DNA of 20,000 nucleotides from IMG/VR virus record IMGVR_UViG_3300042549_008416. The stretch is one strand, 5' to 3'. Both the position numbers and the translations under genes were made by a program. The notes under the pieces are model-generated. The model saw only the letters and a list, made by a program, of their open reading frames with translations, made no database searches and was not told the origin of the DNA. Of this stretch, positions 8,020 through 14,128 are shown in pieces. This DNA is from an uncultured virus (IMG/VR IMGVR_UViG_3300042549_008416). Lineage: Duplodnaviria > Heunggongvirae > Uroviricota > Caudoviricetes. Numbering within the stretch: the first letter of the stretch is position 1; each line of letters opens with the position of its first letter.

Positions 8020-8589
8020 ATGGCTGAATTAAGTACTGAAGCAAAAGTTGGCATTGGATTAAGCTTGCTCGCTGCTCTAGGAGTAGGGGGCTTCTTGATT
8101 TATAAATCAATGAATGCTAAAGAAGATGCACCTTTAACTGCGGCACAAATTGCTGCTTTATCAAAGTTAAATCCTCCAGCACAAGCAGCTGCATTAAGAC
8201 AACAAAATCCTAATATTAGTGATGAAAAACTTTTAAAAGCTCTTAAAGAACTAGCGAAAGGACTTAAAGGTGGTGGCGGCTCATCTGGTGGTGGAGCACC
8301 ATCTGGTGGTGGCTCAGGCTCTAAACCTAAACCTAAACCTAAACCTAGTGGCTCTGGCTCTAAACCTAAAGACGGATATGACGATGGATATGATGATGAA
8401 AAGGATGGATATGACGAGGGATATGATAGCAAGGATGGCAGTGGATATGACAGCGGATACGGCGGTGGATATGGCGGTGGATATGGCGGTGGATACAGCG
8501 GTGGATACAGCGGTGGATACGGAGATTATAGTGCAAGCTATTCAGGAGGATATGATAGTGGTGGATATGGTGGCGGGTTTAGTTATTAA
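8020..8589 (+). CDS. N-anchored membrane protein with Gly/Tyr/Asp low-complexity tail
   Basis: TM VGIGLSLLAALGVGGFLIY, then a G/S linker, KPKPKPKP, GYDD-type repeats and GYGG/GYSG repeats. Confidence 0.85.
   Translation: MAELSTEAKVGIGLSLLAALGVGGFLIYKSMNAKEDAPLTAAQIAALSKLNPPAQAAALRQQNPNISDEKLLKALKELAKGLKGGGGSSGGGAPSGGGSGSKPKPKPKPSGSGSKPKDGYDDGYDDEKDGYDEGYDSKDGSGYDSGYGGGYGGGYGGGYSGGYSGGYGDYSASYSGGYDSGGYGGGFSY
8452..8523 (+). repeat. 12 bp tandem repeat ((g/a)gcggtggata(t/c)) encoding GGGY/SGGY
   Basis: About five adjacent copies: ggcggtggatat x2, ggcggtggatac, agcggtggatac x2. Confidence 0.85.
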
Positions 8590-8599
8590 ATTAAATTAG

Positions 8600-8815
8600 A
8601 TGTACGCAAAAAGTTATTTAAAGGCAGTAGGAGACACAAAAAAAAAGGATACGAATACTGTTATTTCTGAAACGACTAAAGGAACAATGGTAGGTGCTGC
8701 AATCGGTGCTGGAATTGGTATCTTTATTGGTTTTGGAAGAAAAAAGAATTTACTTATGAGTGGCTTCGTAGGAGCAGTAATAGGTGGAGCAATATCAAGA
8801 ATTTTTATAAAATAA
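8600..8815 (+). CDS. small glycine-zipper two-helix membrane protein
   Basis: GAAIGAGIGIFIG-RKK-GFVGAVIGGAI (GxxxG arrays). Confidence 0.8.
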   Translation: MYAKSYLKAVGDTKKKDTNTVISETTKGTMVGAAIGAGIGIFIGFGRKKNLLMSGFVGAVIGGAISRIFIK

Positions 8816-8838
8816 ATTACTAACAAAAATCAATTTTT

Positions 8839-8976
8839 ATGTTTAAAAGTGCAGACGCAACAGAAAAAAAACCTTTTTTAGAAACAGCGACTGGAATTGC
8901 TGTATCAGTAGGCGTATTATTCGTTACTGTATGGGTAGTTTCAAAAGCTTGGAAATCAGGACAAAAAACAGCTTAA
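8839..8976 (+). CDS. 45 aa single-TM protein, paralogue A (not in ORF track)
   Basis: MFKSADATEKKPFLETATGIAVSVGVLFVTVWVVSKAWKSGQKTA*; preceded by AAAAATCAAT. Confidence 0.85.
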   Translation: MFKSADATEKKPFLETATGIAVSVGVLFVTVWVVSKAWKSGQKTA

Positions 8977-9004
8977 TTATTATTAACTATAAAAATCAAT
9001 TAAA

Positions 9005-9127
9005 ATGGAGACGAAAAAATTATTAGGAAGTGCTGTAGGTGTTGCAGTTTCTTTAGGATTATTATTCGGTATGGTATGGGTTGCCTCTAAAGCTTGGCAA
9101 AAAGGTCAAGAAAAAAAAGGTTTATAA
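9005..9127 (+). CDS. 40 aa single-TM protein, paralogue B (not in ORF track)
   Basis: METKKLLGSAVGVAVSLGLLFGMVWVASKAWQKGQEKKGL*; clearly similar to 8839-8976; same AAAAATCAAT upstream. Confidence 0.85.
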   Translation: METKKLLGSAVGVAVSLGLLFGMVWVASKAWQKGQEKKGL

Positions 9128-9128
9128 T

Positions 9129-9287
9129 ATGAAAGTAGGTTCTGCTTTAACGACTATTGGAGCAATAGGTGGATTAGCATATGGTGTATCTAAACGAAAA
9201 TCGTTTTGGACAACCGCAGGCTTTACTATTCTATTTGCCATAGCTGGTGCAGCAGTAGGAACTGCTATAAATACAATTTCAGAATAA
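9129..9287 (+). CDS. 52 aa glycine-rich two-helix membrane protein
   Basis: Start revised from 9081 (which overlaps paralogue B) to the ATG at 9129: MKVGSALTTIGAIGGLAYGVSKRKSFWTTAGFTILFAIAGAAVG...; same helix-basic loop-helix layout as 8600-8815. Confidence 0.8.
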   Translation: MKVGSALTTIGAIGGLAYGVSKRKSFWTTAGFTILFAIAGAAVGTAINTISE

Positions 9288-9301
9288 ATTAAAAAAAAAA
9301 A

Positions 9302-9559
9302 ATGAACAAACAAACAAAAACCCTTTTAGGAGTAGCGGTATTAGCTGGTGTAGGCTATTATCTTTTTACACAAAACAAGAAAAAGTCATTCGCAAACTTT
9401 TCAGACAAAGTTAAAATGACTCCAAAATGCAAAGGAGATTATGGTAAAGATGCAGAAGGTCGTTATATCTGCTGTAAGCAAGGATGGCGTAGTAATGCAT
9501 CTGATGGACAACCTTGTGGTGGCGGTGAAGGTGGTGGCCAAAAAGAATTAGCATTTTAA
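9302..9559 (+). CDS. N-anchored membrane protein with small 4-Cys domain
   Basis: MNKQTKTLLGVAVLAGVGYYLF anchor; C...CC...C. Confidence 0.8.
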   Translation: MNKQTKTLLGVAVLAGVGYYLFTQNKKKSFANFSDKVKMTPKCKGDYGKDAEGRYICCKQGWRSNASDGQPCGGGEGGGQKELAF

Positions 9560-9576
9560 TTTAAAAAATAAATAAG

Positions 9577-9918
9577 ATGGATAAGCAAACAAAAATGTAT
9601 GTTGGCTTAGGTGTTGCTGCGGTGGCAGGATACTTACTTTACGACAACTGGAAGAAGAATCAACCAGTAGCTCCAGCTAAATCTTTCTCTGGAAATGTAA
9701 CTACCGATGTAGTTGGCCGTAGAAAAATTGCTATGGTAGGGTTAGATGCTACTCAAAGACAAAACGCAGTAATTAAAGATTCTCCATTTGCTTGGGGTAA
9801 TTTTTCTGCTCAAAATGAAAAGATTAAAGACGGAACTTGGGCAAGTGCAGTAGGCGACAATATCGCTCCAAACTTTTTCAATGTTCACGACTCAGAAAAT
9901 TCATTTAGAAACCGCTAA
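9577..9918 (+). CDS. N-anchored membrane protein
   Basis: MDKQTKMYVGLGVAAVAGYLLY anchor, similar to 9302. Confidence 0.8.
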   Translation: MDKQTKMYVGLGVAAVAGYLLYDNWKKNQPVAPAKSFSGNVTTDVVGRRKIAMVGLDATQRQNAVIKDSPFAWGNFSAQNEKIKDGTWASAVGDNIAPNFFNVHDSENSFRNR

Positions 9919-9943
9919 TATTAGCTGAAAATAAGTATTTTTG

Positions 9944-9970
9944 ATAGGCATTTGGTTTCCAAGTGCCTAT
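9944..9970 (+). other. intergenic stem-loop without U-tract
   Basis: ATAGGCATTTGG-TTT-CCAAGTGCCTAT, 12 bp with one G-U pair; extendable by AGTATT(9934)/AATACT(9971). Confidence 0.55.
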
Positions 9971-9982
9971 AATACTATATAT

Positions 9983-10300
9983 ATGGAAATGTCAGCCAAT
10001 AAAAAATGGAAAATGAGTGGCAGCACGCTGTCATTTAAAGAGTGGATTGATAGGGAAAATAAGAAAAAAGAGCCCGAAGGTAATTTTATCCCTTTTATTC
10101 CAGATACAAGTGCAAGTAAAACTATCGAAGAGACGCTAAAACTATCTCGTGATAATATTGCAAAAACTGCTGGATATAAAGAAGGAGTAGATACTAATAC
10201 TATTTTTGGTTTAGATAAAAAGATATTTGTCTTCTCATCTATTATGATAGTTGGTTCTCTTAGTTATTATTTTTATAGCAGGTTAAAGAAAAAGAAATGA
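9983..10300 (+). CDS. C-terminally anchored membrane protein
   Basis: Start revised to ATG 9983 or 9989, because the TTG at 9941 falls at the hairpin. TM IFVFSSIMIVGSLSYYFY followed by RLKKKK. Confidence 0.8.
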   Translation: MEMSANKKWKMSGSTLSFKEWIDRENKKKEPEGNFIPFIPDTSASKTIEETLKLSRDNIAKTAGYKEGVDTNTIFGLDKKIFVFSSIMIVGSLSYYFYSRLKKKK

Positions 10301-10557
10301 TAATGGATAAACAAAAAATGGTTTATGTAGGAGTTGCGTTATTTGCATTTCTTGTAATTGTAAATTCTACAAAAAAAGTTGTATTAGAAGAAGTAGTTTC
10401 TGAAAATACAAATAAAACATTTGATAATACTTCATTACCTTATCAACTCAGACCTCCATATAAAATGGCTGAAGGTGAAAAAATGCCAAAGACTATTGCT
10501 AAAAGAACAAATGAATTTTCATCCTTTTTAGGAATTAAGCCTAGATTTGACACATAA
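10297..10557 (+). CDS. N-anchored membrane protein
   Basis: ATGA overlap with the previous gene; MDKQKMVYVGVALFAFLVIV anchor. Confidence 0.75.
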   Translation: MIMDKQKMVYVGVALFAFLVIVNSTKKVVLEEVVSENTNKTFDNTSLPYQLRPPYKMAEGEKMPKTIAKRTNEFSSFLGIKPRFDT

Positions 10558-10560
10558 GTT

Positions 10561-11343
10561 ATGATATATAAAGTACCTACAAGACACGAAGAATTAACCT
10601 TATTAATCAAGGTACATACATTTAAGCCTGAAACTATAAGATTGAAGGTAACTGATGCTGACCAACCAAATACTGCTTTCACTGACAGATACAAAACTGT
10701 TGATGGTGAAAGTATTTTTTTTGTAAGGATGCCAGTAAGTCCAAATAATGCTTTGATTTCGGTATATAATGAAGCAAATGGTAATTTGCAAGTGGGTGCT
10801 GACAATACTATAATCGTTGATTCTATTACAAAAGAACCTCTTGATAAAAAATTAGATGTAATTGATTTTGCAAATCCTCTTGTAAGAAGCTTTGTAAATT
10901 TTTCTACAAGATTTTGTTATAATGCTGGTTCTTTACCGAGTGGTACATACCTATCAGATGATAAAAAATTTGTAATAAAGTACTTACCAATCATTGAAGA
11001 TAACGGACAAGAACAAACTACTCCTGCTCGTATTGATATTGATAATGGTACAATAGAAATTTCAAAAAAACAATTTTTAGATTTTACTGTACCAAGTAGA
11101 AAAGCTATTTTATTACACGAATTTTCTCACGTTTATCTTAATGAAAACGTAGATGATGAAGTGGAAGCCGACTTAAATGGATTATTGATTTATTTAGGAT
11201 TAGGATACCCAAGAATTGAAGCATTTGAAGTATTTGCTAAAACATTCTTGAGTGTACCTTCTGACGGAAATAGAATGCGTTACGATAAGATTAAAACTTT
11301 CATAGACGAATTTGAACAACATAACACTTATTTGTATGAATAA
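10561..11343 (+). CDS. zincin metalloprotease (HEXXH...ExEAD; M48/M78 ImmA-IrrE-like), candidate virion maturation protease
   Basis: ILLHEFSHVYLNENVDDEVEADLNG; N-terminal beta-rich domain; the only gene without a TM segment in the membrane-protein cluster. Confidence 0.8.
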   Translation: MIYKVPTRHEELTLLIKVHTFKPETIRLKVTDADQPNTAFTDRYKTVDGESIFFVRMPVSPNNALISVYNEANGNLQVGADNTIIVDSITKEPLDKKLDVIDFANPLVRSFVNFSTRFCYNAGSLPSGTYLSDDKKFVIKYLPIIEDNGQEQTTPARIDIDNGTIEISKKQFLDFTVPSRKAILLHEFSHVYLNENVDDEVEADLNGLLIYLGLGYPRIEAFEVFAKTFLSVPSDGNRMRYDKIKTFIDEFEQHNTYLYE

Positions 11344-11539
11344 AGATTTAAAAGAGGGAATAATTGTTTCTTTAGTAGCGGTGGCTGCTTTTTTAATATA
11401 TAAGCAAGCAACAAAAACAAAAGATATTTCAAAAACATCAGTTGCAACAAACGACCCTGACCCTATTAATATAGGTTTACCAGTAGAAGACCCTAAAAAA
11501 GTCGGAGAAGTATTAATGGATGCACCTGCAAATATTTAA
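11336..11539 (+). CDS. small N-anchored membrane protein
   Basis: Start revised to ATG 11336: MNKDLKEGIIVSLVAVAAFLIYK. Confidence 0.75.
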   Translation: MNKDLKEGIIVSLVAVAAFLIYKQATKTKDISKTSVATNDPDPINIGLPVEDPKKVGEVLMDAPANI

Positions 11540-11541
11540 TT

Positions 11542-11883
11542 ATGGATGCTAAAACAAAAAAAGGACTGATTGTTACGGGTGTAGTTGTAGGACTAGTAGC
11601 ATTAGCATATTTTCTATTGAAGAAAGTTGTTCCATCTCCAACTAATTGCACAAAAGATAGCAATAGTAAGACTTTAGAAGAATTAAAGTTTTGTGTTTGG
11701 AATCATATGATACTTAATTATCCAACTGCTGCAACAAAAGAAAACGAAAATTTCATTAAAAGTAATTATCCTTTTACTGATATAGCTTTTATGAAAGTAT
11801 GGGATGCAGCTATTCAAAAAAATGAGCCTACTTTCACTTATGCAGGTAAGAAGATGGATACTAGTAATGGTCAATTTATATAA
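11542..11883 (+). CDS. N-anchored membrane protein
   Basis: MDAKTKKGLIVTGVVVGLVALAYFLLKK anchor. Confidence 0.8.
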   Translation: MDAKTKKGLIVTGVVVGLVALAYFLLKKVVPSPTNCTKDSNSKTLEELKFCVWNHMILNYPTAATKENENFIKSNYPFTDIAFMKVWDAAIQKNEPTFTYAGKKMDTSNGQFI

Positions 11884-11892
11884 ATAAATTTT

Positions 11893-12456
11893 ATGGCAGA
11901 CAACAAAATATTCAAAGTTTACCAAGAATTGCCACAATGGGCTAAAGGAGTTGTAGTTGTTGGTGGATTAGTAGTTACTTACATAGTAGGTAGCACTGTT
12001 TATAAAAAAGTTAAATCTTTTCAGGATAGTGCTGATGCTCAAAATAAGCTGAATCAATTAGAAGATGATTTAAAAATAAAGATAAGACAAGGTCAACAAC
12101 CTTCGTTCAGCAGTACCCAATATAACAACTTCGCAGACTCAATACAAACTCTATTTGAAGGATGTGATTATTCTAGTCCAGCGATTCCAGTTCCTACAAC
12201 TTGGCTTTTAAATGTTGGATGGAGTAACTCTGGAGCAAGTCTTTTTAATATTTTATATCAATTTAATAATGATGTTGACTTTTTAGCTCTACAAAAAGCT
12301 TTCGGTACAAGAACTATTTCAAAAGGATGGTATTGTGGTGGAGATTATACCAATACAACATTAAATCAAGCTGTAAATAAACAACTAAATAGTCAGGAAA
12401 TTGGAGCTATCAATAAATTGCTAACTCAAAAAGGTATAACATATAGATTTAGTTAG
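11893..12456 (+). CDS. membrane-anchored helical protein, divergent annexin-repeat-like (paralogue of 12459)
   Basis: TM GVVVVGGLVVTYIVG. ADSIQTLFEG...FNNDVDFLALQKAFGTRTIS...LNSQEIGAINKLL aligns with the next gene. Confidence 0.7.
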   Translation: MADNKIFKVYQELPQWAKGVVVVGGLVVTYIVGSTVYKKVKSFQDSADAQNKLNQLEDDLKIKIRQGQQPSFSSTQYNNFADSIQTLFEGCDYSSPAIPVPTTWLLNVGWSNSGASLFNILYQFNNDVDFLALQKAFGTRTISKGWYCGGDYTNTTLNQAVNKQLNSQEIGAINKLLTQKGITYRFS

Positions 12457-12458
12457 TT

Positions 12459-12872
12459 ATGGAAAATAAAAATAAAAAAATATTATATTGGTCTGCTGGA
12501 ATAATAGTTGCGTTTGTTTTATTCGTAAAACTAAAATCAAGAGGGACAAAACAAATTGTACCTAATGTTGAAGGAGGTGTAACGCAAGGATTAAATTTCA
12601 AAGCTATGGCTGATAGTATTTATGAAGCTATGGATGGTTATGGAACTTCATTTCAGCTAATTGTAAATGAATTTTCAAAGCTTAACAATAACAATGATTT
12701 TGACGCATTATATAAGGCTTACGGAATAAGAACTGTAAGTAGTGGAGCTGGAAATCTATTTGTTTCAGATTATACTGGAGATATGACAGGAGCTCTAAAA
12801 AAAGATTTATCTGCAACTGAAATTGCAAAAATAAATAGCCTGCTATCAATAAAAAATATTAAAACTATATAA
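12459..12872 (+). CDS. membrane-anchored annexin-repeat-like protein
   Basis: TM ILYWSAGIIVAFVLFV. ADSIYEAMDGYGTSFQLIVNEFSKLNNNNDFDALYKAYG...LKKDLS resembles the annexin repeat consensus A..L..AMKG.GTDE..I..IL...Y...L...L..ELS. Confidence 0.65.
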   Translation: MENKNKKILYWSAGIIVAFVLFVKLKSRGTKQIVPNVEGGVTQGLNFKAMADSIYEAMDGYGTSFQLIVNEFSKLNNNNDFDALYKAYGIRTVSSGAGNLFVSDYTGDMTGALKKDLSATEIAKINSLLSIKNIKTI

Positions 12873-13382
12873 ATGAGCTTAAAGAAAACACTTATTGGTG
12901 TAGGAATACTAGGAGGCTTAGGCACATTTGTCTACGCCTTTTATGCTTATGCCAATAGGCAAGCAAAATTATTGGAAGATTTTACTTGGAAACTAATGGG
13001 TGTCAATTTTGACTCTTATTCTTTACAAGCTGTAAAAGGTAAAGTTGAAATTCTTTTTACAAGTAAATCAGATGTAGAGGTTCAAATCCAAAAATTTGTG
13101 ATGACTTTTTATTTTAATGGTGCTGAAGTCGGATATATAGAAGATACAACTCCTTTTATCATACCTGCAAGGGGTACAGCTCCAATCAATTTTAGCTTTA
13201 CCTTGAATCCTCAGCTCGTATTCGGAAATGTAACAAATATAATCAATTATGCCCTACAGAAAGAAGACGCTTCTGTCTCTTTAAGGGGTTTTGCAAGTAT
13301 AAAAAGTGGCTTTGTAAGTGCTACATTGCCAATTACCTACGATTCTACAATTAAGTGCATTTTATACGATAAAAATTGTTAG
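12873..13382 (+). CDS. N-anchored LEA_2/WHy-like beta-sandwich protein
   Basis: TM, then a beta-strand pattern ...SDVEVQIQKFVMTFYFNGAEVG...FIIPARGTAPINFSFTL typical of LEA_2-like domains. Confidence 0.65.
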   Translation: MSLKKTLIGVGILGGLGTFVYAFYAYANRQAKLLEDFTWKLMGVNFDSYSLQAVKGKVEILFTSKSDVEVQIQKFVMTFYFNGAEVGYIEDTTPFIIPARGTAPINFSFTLNPQLVFGNVTNIINYALQKEDASVSLRGFASIKSGFVSATLPITYDSTIKCILYDKNC

Positions 13383-13399
13383 AATAATGGGATAATATT

Positions 13400-13407
13400 T
13401 AACTTAG
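13400..13407 (+). promoter_or_regulatory. possible variant -7 element (TAACTTAG)
   Basis: One mismatch to TAnnTTTG, in the 40 nt gap before the ATG at 13423. Confidence 0.3.
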
Positions 13408-13422
13408 CGTAAAAGTGAAATT

Positions 13423-13851
13423 ATGATAGATTTTATCCAAAGTGAAACTAAGAAATTAATGTACAAGTGCTGTGAAAGGCACTCAAAAAAGTATCAAAAA
13501 GCAATGGAAGATGTGCAGTTGATACTGGGTCTTGACGAAAACGGAAACACATATACTGTGTGTGAGAATTACAAACCAAAAGAACACTTAGATATTCTCG
13601 GTGTTCTCGGTGTAAGAATCGACTTTTTAGGATATAGTCATCTTGCTCCGCCCTTTATTTTAAAGAGTTTGGTAAGATTTTCAGAAAAACATAGTATAGA
13701 CATTGATAAAGTCAAAGTAATGTGTATTCCAACATTAAACGAAAAAGGAAAACCTGACGTTCTTCTTTTTGTGTATAACGATAGCGAATATGTAGAGACA
13801 ATCTCATTCGCTGAGTTATTCCGAGAGGAGGATTTCGAAATACCGACATAA
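13423..13851 (+). CDS. hypothetical soluble protein
   Basis: 142 aa ORF with normal start context; no motif recognised. Confidence 0.8.
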   Translation: MIDFIQSETKKLMYKCCERHSKKYQKAMEDVQLILGLDENGNTYTVCENYKPKEHLDILGVLGVRIDFLGYSHLAPPFILKSLVRFSEKHSIDIDKVKVMCIPTLNEKGKPDVLLFVYNDSEYVETISFAELFREEDFEIPT

Positions 13852-13852
13852 A

Positions 13853-14116
13853 ATGCAAATATATACTACAACATTATCAAGCGGTTCTCTTGTCCTAAGC
13901 AGGGCAGATGGAGGACAAGTAATTTCAATCCAGTGTAAAACTGGAGGAGAAGCTCTCTTTACTGGTAGTTTGCCATTTAAGGGAGAACAACCTACGCCAA
14001 TCACATTGACGGCAGGTCAAGTTTTTAATTATTCGGCATCTAGTTCTTCGTCTCCTTTAGATGGGATTACGATTACTTGGGTAGCAGGAGACATCGATAT
14101 TGTTGTAGGATTCTAA
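13853..14116 (+). CDS. small all-beta protein, candidate vertex/penton or fibre-base protein
   Basis: 87 aa, about 8 short beta-strand-like segments, S/T/G-rich, directly upstream of the fibre genes. Confidence 0.6.
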   Translation: MQIYTTTLSSGSLVLSRADGGQVISIQCKTGGEALFTGSLPFKGEQPTPITLTAGQVFNYSASSSSSPLDGITITWVAGDIDIVVGF

Positions 14117-14128
14117 AAAATTAAGCAA

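Noticed and set aside
9081..9128. ORF-track start at 9081 (also 9941 and 11312)
   Set aside because: These TTG starts overlap a better gene or a hairpin; in-frame ATGs at 9129, 9983 and 11336 fit the tight gene packing.
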